A DNA stretch of 64,000 bases from Octopus bimaculoides. Taxonomy: Eukaryota. Of this stretch, positions 11,950 to 24,129 are shown piece after piece (positions within the stretch are counted from its first letter, which is position 1; the number at the start of each line of letters is the position of its first letter). The notes beneath the pieces are model-generated. The model saw only the letters and a list, made by a program, of their open reading frames with translations. It did not search any database and was not told the DNA's origin. The translations under genes and the position numbers were made by a program. The DNA lies in NCBI RefSeq assembly GCF_001194135.2, contig NC_068981.1, forward strand, positions 133,623,641 through 133,687,640. The letters run 5' to 3'.

Positions 11950-12765
11950 CTGAGAATACGGGATAAGTATCTGAGGATATATGGAACGAACAACGGTGAC
12001 GAGAACTGGACGAAGAAACGTCAGATGTAAGTTAAGAAGTCAGACAAGATTGCTTGACTTCTAACTTATATAACCTATACACAAAATAAGTCTTCAGAAA
12101 AGTAGAAAATATGTCGAAAATGTCAAAAGGAGATATAAACATCAACGACAGGCATTGACGATTATAAGAGATCACTATTATAAGAGATAACCCACAGAGC
12201 ATTGTAAGTGCAATGGCAAACAAATCAATGCAAAATCCATGATAGTCAACAATAGTTACTCAAAATAAATATTACCATTGAAGGAAAGCTAACTTAACAA
12301 ACATTAAAATTAATATGTCTGGGGTATATATAATTAGAAAATGAGAACTGTGAAAGAGAAATCAAAAGAAAATTTGAGATAGCCAGAAAGTAATTTGAAA
12401 ATTGTCTGAAATACTAATATCAAGAAAATTTGATATCAAAATGAAAACAAAACATTATTAAATTGTTATGTAGAGTCCATTCTATAAAATAGCATTAAAA
12501 CATGGACGGTGACAAAATTATCATCAAACAGAGTATTATCAAAAGTATTATAAAGTCTCAAAACCTTTGAGATATAGGTATACAGATTTTTATGAATATG
12601 ATAAAGTACTAAGATTGATAAAAATTAAAACCATTACAAGACAACTAAAAACGAAAGTATCAAAATATTTTAAATGCTTCATTTAAAAAGCATGGTCAAC
12701 TGAGATTGTTAATATAAAGCAGAATGAATGGGTAGAACGGAAGAGGAAATCCATGGGTGTATAAT
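11950..12765 (+). mobile_element. Heavily decayed RTE-like LINE RT fragment
   Basis: Residual motifs VRQDC (GVRQGC), 'ININDR', 'NCEREIKRKFEIARK', 'KTFEI', 'GRGNP' in the expected order; many stops. Confidence 0.6.
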
Positions 12766-12776
12766 ATTCCTTTCAA

Positions 12777-12963
12777 CTATAGGCATAATTTTGGGGAGAG
12801 GCAAATCGATTACATCGACTCCACTGCTACTTATTTTATCGATCCCGAAAGAGGATGAAAGGCAAAGTCGACTCAGCGGAACTTGAAGTCAGAACATAAA
12901 GACGGACGTAATACCGCTAAACATCTTGCCCGGCGTGCTAACAGTTCTACCAGCTCGCTACCA
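12777..12963 (-). mobile_element. SINE family A
   Basis: A/B-box head and family body. Confidence 0.88.
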
Positions 12964-13004
12964 TGAAGGGATAATATTAAGAACTTGACAGATTTTGAAA
13001 TTCA

Positions 13005-13085
13005 GTGGGGAGCCTATATGCCAATGAAACCGGGAAACCGGCCCTTATGAGCCAGGCATAGCTCGAAAAGGAACAAACAACAACA
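13005..13085 (+). mobile_element. 3' tail fragment of the CORE-type SINE
   Basis: 'gaaaccgggaaaccggccc.tatgagcc.ggc' matches the tail at 38104-38135. Confidence 0.7.
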
Positions 13086-13548
13086 TGCCTATGTGGCCTC
13101 GGAGTGTTTTAACTCCTATTTTCAGCAAATAAAAAAGCGTCCTTCGTATATATAATTCGTTTTTATATATATCTAATAATATTGCCTAAACGGCTTTAAC
13201 TTGCGGCCGCTGACATTAATATCTCTCGTGAGTATTAATGTTCTTTTTTTTATGTTCATTTCAATATATATGTTTTGATATACTTTCTAATTGTTACATC
13301 GTTAAGGTTATATAAATGTGTGTGTGTGTGTGTGTAAAAATATATACATAAGAGAGTATTTATACATATATATATATATATAGTCAAATTAAAACATAGG
13401 GTAAAAAATCATATATTAATTAATATCGATTTATTACCAGGAAGCTAGCACATTTAAAGAATCAGAGAGATTCATAAAAAATATCTGAGATCTTAGGGGA
13501 TTAAAGTATATTTTTATATATAACGTTGACCACTAAAGTGGACATTTA

Positions 13549-13802
13549 ATGTGCTAGAAATAAACCACATGTGTCTACAAAGACCTAAATTTTTCTCAAA
13601 ACGAAATTCAGCGGAATACCAAAACGTATGCGGGCAAGGCAGTGAAAATTCCAGAAATAAAACATTTTTATATATAACGTTGACCACAGTTCACGCTGAA
13701 AAGAAACGGACATTCGGTAAGAGTGTTGATTTGGTATTCCGCTGAATTTCGTTTTGAGAACAATTTAGGTCTTAGTAGACACACGTGGTCTATTTCTAGC
13801 AC

Positions 13803-13804
<2 letters not shown>
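13549..13804. mobile_element. MITE/foldback with ~73-bp terminal inverted repeats
   Basis: 13551-13623 is the near-perfect reverse complement of 13730-13802. Confidence 0.85.
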
Positions 13805-13842
<38 letters not shown>

Positions 13843-13843
<1 letters not shown>

Positions 13844-14051
13844 GAGCGTGGATAGAGAAAAGTTCCTGGATTTGGATAAAATAAAGAACAGGAGGATCAG
13901 TTAATTGTGATTTTATTCAAAATATTCCCCTCACACTTATTGCAGCGGTCCTTAAGTTTTTCTAAGCCCTGAGAAAGAACTCGTAAGGTTGGGTCTCCAT
14001 CCAGGCCTATCACGATATCTTTAAAGCCAGGAAATTTTCAGCAGCCCTTCG
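13843..14051. mobile_element. mariner-derived MITE
   Basis: TA flanks; left 'cgagcgtggatagagaaaagttcctggattt' versus reverse complement of right end 'cgaagggctgctgaaaatttcctggcttt'. Confidence 0.75.
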
Positions 14052-14215
14052 TATATATGTATGTGTCTGTATAGATAGATATACATATAAAGATATCTAC
14101 ATAAGTATACGTATATGTATATCTGGAAACATTTTCGTTGATACATTTCTACAATTTTATTACACTGCACTGTCTGCTTATGTATGTGTATGTGTGTATG
14201 TATGTGTGTGTGTGT

Positions 14216-14251
<36 letters not shown>

Positions 14252-14484
14252 ACCAGAGTAAGCACATAAATGTGAAACAAGGTAGGAAAAAATAGTACTC
14301 TAGTACTCGAATACCGGAGGTAGAGTAATATGTTTTATTATTAAAGCTGCAAAAACCTCACCAAAAATATCACAATAAAACTGTTACTCAGAGTTTCATG
14401 TCCCCGTTCGTTGGGAAGTTGTGATCCCTGGATCACAACTGTAGTATCGACAGTGATTTCGAAGTTTCGGCCAGCTAAGACATC

Positions 14485-14537
14485 ATTGACTGTCTGACGA
14501 TGGATTAGCTGGCTGAAACTTCGAAGTCACAGTCAAT
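14485..14537 (+). ncRNA. Minimal type-I hammerhead ribozyme motif (Penelope-type)
   Basis: 9-bp stem I ATTGACTGT/ACAGTCAAT; core CTGACGA (14494-14500); GAAA (14515-14518); palindromic stem III ACTTCGAAGT; GTC triplet ending at 14528; stem II weak. Confidence 0.7.
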
Positions 14538-14622
14538 ATCATTCTCGTTAAAAAATAATAAATTTGTACTCTACCAAATATATTGAGTAATCCTTCAATT
14601 TAATGTAAGAATGTTTTTAGTA

Positions 14623-14651
<29 letters not shown>

Positions 14652-14659
<8 letters not shown>

Positions 14660-14906
14660 TCTAAAAGATCGTGGATAATGCGAAGTAAATGCAAGGTAAA
14701 TCACAAGAAAACAAATATGTGAATTAATGTAGACTTACCTTGTATTCAGTATTTCGGAAACATTCAAGTTCTTGAAAATGGGATCATAACCCCGAAATAT
14801 TGAATACAAGGTAAGTCTACATTAATTCACATATTGTTTTCTTGTGATTTACCTTGCATTTACTTCGCATTGTTTTGGCCTTACCCACGATCTTTTATAC
14901 AATATA
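14652..14906. repeat. Long near-perfect palindrome (80-bp core arms) with a hammerhead-like motif in the spacer
   Basis: 14677-14757 versus 14792-14871 differ by one mismatch and one indel; outer arms extend imperfectly to ~14652 and ~14906. Confidence 0.92.
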
Positions 14907-14936
14907 TTCTACACAATGCTTCATAGTAATTATTCC

Positions 14937-15198
<262 letters not shown>

Positions 15199-15904
15199 CC
15201 GGAAATTTTTTCAGAAAATTATTAAGGAATATCTTAGAGACACAAAAATATAGTAGTAGATAAAACAACACTAACAAATGCATGAATAGAGTTTGAATTG
15301 ATTAGCATGAATATTTTGACAGTAAATTATTGAAACATAAGGTATGAGTAATGTTTTATCAATAATAATCAGACATGTTAATCACGTAAGTAAGAACTAG
15401 AGTACAAATTTGTGCAAAATCGAGAACTGTAAAAACCAATACCAACACCTACTAGAAGTGCGATTTTCTAAGATGATGCGTTTTCATCATTATACTTCGA
15501 TCTGTAGCGCATGCACATACACAACTGATGTGCGAGAATTCCATTATTATACGAAACAGTTTTAATACAGATGCTATTGTTCAATAGCACTTTCTTATCC
15601 AATTCTTAAGTTACAATGGAGTAGACTAAAACATTTTCATGTTACCTGGTTTAAGATGTAATCAATTTTGAAACAAAAAAAGTTGCAAATATCTCTATCT
15701 CACATATAAGGATATATTAGTTTGCGACGTTTAAGAGTTTACGAGCGAACTATGTATCCACTAAGCGTTTGCTCTACTTGCTAGAAACAGCAGTCAAATC
15801 ACATTAGAAATCGCGATCCATTGTTTTAAAAGGTAAAGTGACACTGGAAACTATAATTCTAGAGGGTTGATGGTCATGGCTTTAACTTCCATGATCAAAG
15901 GTCG

Positions 15905-16170
15905 ACTGGAAGTGGTAAAGGTATTACACTCACGATAGGAAGATCGCAATATCGATTCTCGAGCAAAACAAACTTCATTTCAGGTTGCTGCAGTCTATTC
16001 AGCTGTACATGAATGACCCTGCAACACGAACAGGCGTCCCGTTTAGGAGGAGCGTTGGCCTGCCTGCCAAGCCATCGGGATGGCATCATTTGAAAGTGAG
16101 AACGATACGAGAAAGTGCATTGTGACAGCGGTGTATAACACACATCCGATAGTCTGATCGTTACAGTGGT
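15905..16170 (+). mobile_element. Decayed CORE-type SINE with a distinct tail
   Basis: tRNA-like head, then 'ctcgagcaaaacaaacttcatttcaggttgctgcagtctattcagctg', homologous to 38010-38060. Confidence 0.65.
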
Positions 16171-16171
16171 G

Positions 16172-16173
<2 letters not shown>

Positions 16174-16213
<40 letters not shown>

Positions 16214-16245
16214 TGTATGTGTATACATGTGCATGTATATACATA

Positions 16246-16301
<56 letters not shown>

Positions 16302-16311
16302 TCATCATCAT

Positions 16312-16330
<19 letters not shown>
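16174..16330. repeat. (GATA)n then (TAG)n/(CAT)n/(CAG)n compound microsatellite
   Basis: Read directly. Confidence 0.96.
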
Positions 16331-16344
<14 letters not shown>

Positions 16345-16417
16345 TAGTATTGAAGACATCGCACAATATCCAATATTGTGATGTAAATTCAAAGGACCTA
16401 TGACAGACGGCAATCCC

Positions 16418-16419
<2 letters not shown>

Positions 16420-16490
<71 letters not shown>

Positions 16491-16510
16491 TATTATTATC
16501 ATTATTATTA
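16420..16510. repeat. (TAT)n microsatellite
   Basis: Read directly. Confidence 0.97.
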
Positions 16511-17379
16511 GTAACTTGCTTTAACACTGTCAAATATTTTTATACGTTGATCGACCAACTTTCTTGCCACCTCCTTGAAACATCTGTCTCTTCTCGCCCG
16601 TATTGTGTATCACCGACCACACTCCGATCTAACTAATTCGTCCAATCCTTCCTTCCTAAAATACCCAAGCTCTGAAATTTCCCTCCAGCCTACATATTTT
16701 CCTGCATATACCACATCAGAGATGCTTAAACTGAATATAAACTGCAGCAATGGAAAGGAGGGTCTACAAAGGTCATTAAGCACAGCGTCGTCCTCTTAAA
16801 TAATAAATCAAAATCAATTACAAAAAAATATTCATGTCTTCCCAAAATTGAAACCTCGAGGAAGTGAAATAATGACAAACGGTACTCGAAACCAGATTGC
16901 AGCCTCGAACTACGAGGTCGCTTTCCATCAAATCTAACCAAGTTCGCATTCACACCTTGTATATATACATATATATATATATAAATCTTTATATATATAT
17001 ATAAAGATTTCTAGTCTGAATTGACAAGAATGAATCATTTACCAACTTCTAGCTTGGAATGTTTGTTTTTATGAGAGAACTTTTGACATTTGTGAGCTTC
17101 AGTTGTCAAATACTTATTCTTTTTACCATAGTCATTCTTACAAAAACTATGTCTCTGTTTATGTGTGTATATACGGGGGAACGTGTATGTATTCGCATGC
17201 GTGTATGTATGAATACAGAGAGAGACAGAGATACACAGAGACAGAGAGACACAGAAACAGAGAGACACAGAGACAGAGCGACACAAAGACAGAGAGACAG
17301 AGAGACAGAGAGAGAAAGAGACATATAGGTAATTGTGCGTCATTATATATAGGTATGTAAATGTATGTGCATTCATATG

Positions 17380-17425
<46 letters not shown>

Positions 17426-18281
17426 NNNNNNNNNNNNNNNNNNNNNNNNNNNNNNNNNNNNNNNNNNNNNNNNNNNNNNNNNNNNNNNNNNNNNNNNNNN
17501 NNNNNNNNNNNNNNNNNNNNNNNNNNNNNNNNNNNNNNNNNNNNNNNNNNNNNNNNNNNNNNNNNNNNNNNNNNNNNNNNNNNNNNNNNNNNNNNNNNNN
17601 NNNNNNNNNNNNNNNNNNNNNNNNNNNNNNNNNNNNNNNNNNNNNNNNNNNNNNNNNNNNNNNNNNNNNNNNNNNNNNNNNNNNNNNNNNNNNNNNNNNN
17701 NNNNNNNNNNNNNNNNNNNNNNNNNNNNNNNNNNNNNNNNNNNNNNNNNNNNNNNNNNNNNNNNNNNNNNNNNNNNNNNNNNNNNNNNNNNNNNNNNNNN
17801 NNNNNNNNNNNNNNNNNNNNNNNNNNNNNNNNNNNNNNNNNNNNNNNNNNNNNNNNNNNNNNNNNNNNNNNNNNNNNNNNNNNNNNNNNNNNNNNNNNNN
17901 NNNNNNNNNNNNNNNNNNNNNNNNNNNNNNNNNNNNNNNNNNNNNNNNNNNNNNNNNNNNNNNNNNNNNNNNNNNNNNNNNNNNNNNNNNNNNNNNNNNN
18001 NNNNNNNNNNNNNNNNNNNNNNNNNNNNNNNNNNNNNNNNNNNNNNNNNNNNNNNNNNNNNNNNNNNNNNNNNNNNNNNNNNNNNNNNNNNNNNNNNNNN
18101 NNNNNNNNNNNNNNNNNNNNNNNNNNNNNNNNNNNNNNNNNNNNNNNNNNNNNNNNNNNNNNNNNNNNNNNNNNNNNNNNNNNNNNNNNNNNNNNNNNNN
18201 NNNNNNNNNNNNNNNNNNNNNNNNNNNNNNNNNNNNNNNNNNNNNNNNNNNNNNNNNNNNNNNNNNNNNNNNNNNNNNNNN

Positions 18282-18349
18282 AGAAGAAGAAGAAGAAGAA
18301 GAAGAAGAAGAAGAAGAAGAAGAAGAAGAAGAAGAAGAAGAAGAAGAAG

Positions 18350-18379
<30 letters not shown>
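18282..18379. repeat. (GAA)n microsatellite
   Basis: Read directly; begins at a gap edge. Confidence 0.98.
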
Positions 18380-18380
<1 letters not shown>

Positions 18381-20058
18381 GGGGCATTGCTCATGACTTT
18401 TACAAGCATCCCTAGACAAGTGAGGTTGGTACAGTTGATGTTCTTGAAAGTTTTATAGATCGTTATGTTAGGTCTTTGAGATAACTGTTTCAGATAAAAG
18501 TATGTGTACATTGTTAGGTCATGGAGATAACTACTTCGGATAAAAGGATGTGTACATTGAACAGCTAGACATTGATTTGATTTGAGCAAGAAACATAAAT
18601 GAATGTGATTAGTGGTACTTGGATGAACTTAGCTATTTCAAGGGAACAAATTTTATTCGCGAAACCTTAAAAACCGACGCTATGCATAGACGAAGCAGTC
18701 TGTCCCTGAGCTAGTGGCTGAAATTTGTTGATGAATAACATGTTGACAGTCAAATAATAACATTGCGGTTAGATCAAAGAAGATTGCGTGAGTAGTTAAT
18801 ACACTATATTATACACGAGAGCAGTTCTGCAATGAAAGTAATAACAGAGTGCATATAAGGATCTATCAATTGATCAAGGCTAAAATATTCCCTGGTTCTT
18901 AAAGATAACCCAAGACTGTGCGATGAAGAATCGCAATGTTATATAATGTGAAGATGTCTTGAGTTGTCATCAGAGACTAAAGTCAACTTGAGTTTTTTAG
19001 ATGTTAGAAATTCATCTGTATGATTAGTTACGAGACTGCTTTTTATTTGGGGGCGGTATTTGGGTTTTTTCTTTTAATTTAAAATTATTGAAGCTTTGTG
19101 CTGTTGAAAGAGACATGGTTATAAAGGATGTAATCAAAATCTATGCGTTCATGGGTTTGGTGCCCGTTATTGCTTGTAGAAGCTTTAGAGGGAATGACAC
19201 TTTATCTGTGTAGGCATGTATTTTATTTTAAATGAATATACAAGAGAGTGTGGAGAAACATTAAGGAAACGAAATTATTAAATATGGGTTGGTAAGAGCT
19301 CCGCCGATGCCAGTACTACGATGTGGTCCGACAGAATGATACCAACCCAAGAAACGAGAGAATGGGTGCATATCAAAGGCGTGTAACTTACCCAGCAGAT
19401 TCGCAAGCTAAATATGGCCGAAAGTCTTGCAGATGTAGAGTGCAAAAACATGTCTTCTCCAGAAGATCTTTACTTAAATTATACTTATATTGCTTTCCTT
19501 TCTACTATATTTGGAGTATTAATCATAGAGTTTTTTGTAAGATGATGTGGTAAGTAAAAAAAAGTGATGGTCAAATATTCGGAAAATTTATTTTTACGGC
19601 AACCTTCTAGTCGTAGTGATGCCGGGCTGGTGGGATTTTATTGTATATACGTAAGAATTTGAGTGTGTGTGTGGGGGGGGGGTCTGAGTGTCGACTGTAT
19701 GTAGAGATACATACATAGTTATATTAAGTTTTGTGTAAGTGTATTTGTAAAATATAGTGTGTTATGCTATAAATTTATTTAAATGTATATTTGCTAGAAT
19801 TCTTTTCACTTATCAATCGGAAAATTCTGTATAGTTTTTCTGCGTTTATTGAAATGGATTTATAGAATAAATTTAGAATCTTATCAATATTAATTATTTA
19901 GTTATTGACTGTTGGTTTTACTGGGTTAATAAAAGATTCAGTTGTTTGTTTATCATTAATTATAATGCTAATTTCGATATTATTACCAGAATTATCGTAT
20001 CAATATCAACAAACTATAATTCATTGGCCGCGTTATATATATATATATATATATAGAT

Positions 20059-20149
<91 letters not shown>

Positions 20150-20585
20150 NNNNNNNNNNNNNNNNNNNNNNNNNNNNNNNNNNNNNNNNNNNNNNNNNNN
20201 NNNNNNNNNNNNNNNNNNNNNNNNNNNNNNNNNNNNNNNNNNNNNNNNNNNNNNNNNNNNNNNNNNNNNNNNNNNNNNNNNNNNNNNNNNNNNNNNNNNN
20301 NNNNNNNNNNNNNNNNNNNNNNNNNNNNNNNNNNNNNNNNNNNNNNNNNNNNNNNNNNNNNNNNNNNNNNNNNNNNNNNNNNNNNNNNNNNNNNNNNNNN
20401 NNNNNNNNNNNNNNNNNNNNNNNNNNNAGTTCGCCTGTTCTCAAGTTGTATAACAAGTGAATCAGTTAGTGCTACATTTACAAAGAAATTACCGTTTAGT
20501 ATCACTGAAGCTCGTAAAAGTATTATTCAAGTATGTTGGACTTACACTGACAAAGCATTTTTTTAAAATATTTCTGCTAAAACTA

Positions 20586-20800
20586 GGACGGCGAGCTACT
20601 TGAATCGTCAGTATGCGGGGCAAAATGCTTAGCGGCATTTCGTTTGTCTTTATGTTCTGATTTCAAATTCTTCTGAGATCGACTTAGCCTTTCATATAAT
20701 CAGAGTTGATAAAATAAGTACCAGTTGAGCACTAGGGTCGATGTGATCGATTTACCCCTCCCCTGAAATTGCTGGCCCTGTGCCAAAATTTGAAACCAAT
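20586..20800 (+). mobile_element. SINE family A
   Basis: Head 'ggacggcgagctacttgaatcg', body and 3' end 'gctggccctgtgccaaaatttgaaacc'. Confidence 0.9.
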
Positions 20801-20945
20801 ATTTCTACTAAAACTTCATTTGTAATAACATAAACGTTGAGTTTAAGAGGCCCGTTAAGAATAGAAAAACTGTTACCTGTTTGAAGTGTGTAATATCTAT
20901 ATATGCGATATTATCCAGAATTGAACTGTTAGGCATTTTAAAATA

Positions 20946-21330
20946 TAGTAATACCTCGCAGTACGAGTTTAATTTGTTCCATGACCGAGCTCGTCTTACG
21001 ATGTACTCGTTTCACAAATCAATTTTCCCCATTGAAATTAACTAAGATACAATTAATCCGTTCCAGCCCCGCCAAAACCACTCAAAATGATTTTTTATGG
21101 GTTTTAAAACAGAAAAGGTGTAGTTACAAGCAAAAGGACAATTATAAAAAAAAGAATACATAAGAAATATGTAAACTAGTATTATTAACTGAATTACCTT
21201 AAAGATCGGACGATTTGTGTGCTCGTACTGCGGATTTCCGCTTGTACCTCAAGAGAAAAATTCGCACGAATCTCGGCTCGTACAGCAAATTACTCGTACA
21301 ATGGTGCACTCGTACTGCGAGATTCTACTG
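20946..21330. mobile_element. pogo/Tigger-like MITE
   Basis: TA TSDs at 20944-20945 and 21331-21332; TIRs 'tagtaatacctcgcagtacgag' versus reverse complement 'cagtagaatctcgcagtacgag'; internal 'ctcgtac' repeats. Confidence 0.8.
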
Positions 21331-21370
21331 TATTTCAATAGGAATCTCGATTTATGACGATAAAATTATA

Positions 21371-21583
21371 TTCTTTTCTACACTAGGCACAAGGCCCGAC
21401 ATTTTTGGAGAGTGGGCCAGTCGATTATATCGACCCAGTACGCAACTGGTACTTAATTTATCATCCGAAAGGATGAAAGGCAAAGTCGACCTCGGTGGAA
21501 TTTGAACTCAGAGCATAAAGACAGACGAAATACCGCTGAACATTTCGCCCGGCGTGCTAACGTTTCTGCCAGCTCGCCGCCTT
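21371..21583 (-). mobile_element. SINE family A (subfamily ending ...cttgtgcctag)
   Basis: Full head and body; 3' end shared with the 26055 and 55650 copies. Confidence 0.92.
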
Positions 21584-22223
21584 GACGATAAAATGATATT
21601 AGCTGTGAACAGGTGTTATAAGTGAATGTATTAATTTCTTTTCCCCAATACAAAGTTCATGAATATCATTAAACTAATAAGGTCTGACGTCTTCTATTTT
21701 CCAAATTGCTGTACAACTTTTATGTATTTATGTCTTAAAAGTCAGACATATTTTAGAAATGCACAAAACCTTTCGCAAATTTTGACAGTATTTTCCATTA
21801 AGAGAAAACCCATTCAACTTAGTATAATCTTAAGTAACTGAATCATTGGCTGTAAAATGATTTGCACTATTAATTATTGATTTCGAAGCAAATTATATAA
21901 GGAAAGTTTGTGTTGTTAAAAGGATTGCGTAACGAAGAGAATTGGATGTAGATAGCATTTTAGGTTTCTACTATGATTATTTATCAATTTTGAGGATAAT
22001 TTATGTTTACAATTGATTTATTAAAATATATGTTAAATTTGTTAAAATATGTCTAATAATCGGTAAACATGTTAAAATATGTTAAATGTGTTAAAATATA
22101 TCCGGTGTTACAGAAATGTTTAGTAATAAACGGCAGAGCATCAGCATGGCCGCAGCTCTGAGCTGAAACTACAGCAGAAAAAACCATACTTATGTTCACA
22201 TGAAGATTGAATGGCTCTTTATA

Positions 22224-23051
22224 CAGGTTGTCCCAAAAGTCACTGATGGGTTTTAATTTTTAATAACTTCCTTAACGTTACAAATAAATACATGAAAGTT
22301 TGATTCAATATATAAGATATAATGGAAATTAATATACATTAGTCAAATTTTGCAACACTACTATATTACATATGAAAAATGACATTGCTTAAATGGCAGT
22401 TATTTTCGGCTTCGCACACCCCTGCTCTTTCCAAAACTTGCACTATAACACCCTCAAGAGTTTCAGATCCCACTTCTCTGATTTCTCCTTCAGTTGTACC
22501 TGAGTCTCCGGTTTGCTGACGTAAACCCTCTCTTGCAGGTATCCATGATTGAGACCTTTTTGCGCTCGGCCATTCAAAGTAGACCTCGCACATGGTTCCA
22601 GCAAGATGGGGCAACTGCTCATACCGCAAGAGAAACAATGCAGTTGCTACAGCAGTGCCTTGGAGAGAGAACAATCTCCTGCTACGGCGATGTCAACTGG
22701 CCATCACGTTCCCCAGACTTGACTAACCCGGATTTTTTCTTGTGGAGACACCTGAAAGAGAGGGTTTACGTCAACAAACCGGAGGCCCTGGTGAAACTGA
22801 AGGAGAAAATCAATAGAGAAATCAGAGAAATGAGGTCTGAAACGCTTTAGGGTGTTATGGTGTAAGTTTTGGAAAGAGCCATTTAAGCGATATCATTTTT
22901 CATATGTGATGCAGCGGTGTTGCAAAATTTGACTTGTTCATATTAATTTCCATTGTGTTCTTTATATGGTATCAAAATTTCATGCATTTATTTGTAAAGT
23001 TAAGGAAGTTATTAAGAATTGAAATCCATCAGGGACTTTTGAGACACGCTG
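22224..23051 (+). mobile_element. Tc1/mariner DD41D (rosa-like) deletion derivative with ~320-bp inverted arms
   Basis: WFQQDGATAH...WPSRSPDLTNPDFFLW, with 41 residues between the second and third Asp; 22224-~22545 is the inverted copy of ~22742-23051; TA at the left end, TG at the right. Confidence 0.9.
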
Positions 23052-23920
23052 TGCAAAAGAATTTTACGTTTTCCCGTATCTGGGAATTAAAATTATTATG
23101 TATGCCATTAATCACAACCGTAAAACCACTTTTAAAGTTTAAGCTAAGAGGCCGCTTTATTGAAGAAATATGCCCAAATGAAATACTGGGTAACCGCGTA
23201 CTGACGTTTGTCACTAAATTATTTATATTGGGAAGCGTGCAGTTCGAAGATATATATATATACTATAACTTTGCATTTGGCTTTTTAAATTGGAAGAATA
23301 TCTTTCTTTCGAGAGTTAACTCATAAAGTTAACCAAATACTGAAATGCATGAAAGTACATTTCAGATGGTTCAGTTGATTTCGAGTGAAAAAAAAATTGA
23401 AACTATGCATTCTTCTGTGCGAGAAATATTTAGCATCATTTCAGAAGGAACTTCCAGCCAAATAGTGTTTGTGCTATGTGTTTATTTACTTATTTATTTA
23501 TTTTATAGTATAAATTCTTTTGGATTTTTTCTCTCTTTGTTTTCCGAGATTAGATGAATACGTCAAGTGGTAGTTAAAACTGGTTGATATTATTGATTTA
23601 TGATTTACTGATAATTATTTATTGGTTAATGATTTAGTTATGAAATCGGTATCTCGGTATCTTATAGGTGAAAACACGAGTAATCAACTTCAATGTAATC
23701 AACTCACCTTGGCAGGTGAAACAACAACCACAAGTAAAAATTACATTTACAATATACTTCTACAATCATTATATCGTATCAACAAATTTCGTATAAATTT
23801 ATTCAATAATTACATTTCTATGATTTTTATGCAGGACTAGCTTCATTTCATCACTAGTGAGTTTATAAAATTTTATAATTTACATTTATTATATACGCTT
23901 AAGAATATACAGAGTATTAG

Positions 23921-23987
23921 TATTACGTATAGTAATGTGACCCATCATCTTTTCATCAAGATGATGGCCCCATTACTATACGTAATA
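23921..23987. repeat. Compact hairpin (17-bp + 10-bp perfect stems)
   Basis: TATTACGTATAGTAATG/CATTACTATACGTAATA and CCATCATCTT/AAGATGATGG; 6-nt loop. Confidence 0.9.
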
Positions 23988-24129
23988 TAAATACTCAGCA
24001 TTTAGATAGATTTTAATTATTTGAAGATTTACACCTCATGATTATCGTTGATACAAATTTGGGTATAGTTTATTTTTTTAAGTTTCTTAAAGACTTATAG
24101 TGCGTCCTCAGTATAAATCTCTATATTCT

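Noticed and set aside
18400-19620. Possible very old L1/Tx1-type ORF2 3' end (SCRCRVQKHVF); similar hints at 6560-7030 and 8330-8750
   Set aside because: Only isolated motif-like residues; I cannot distinguish them from chance without a profile search.
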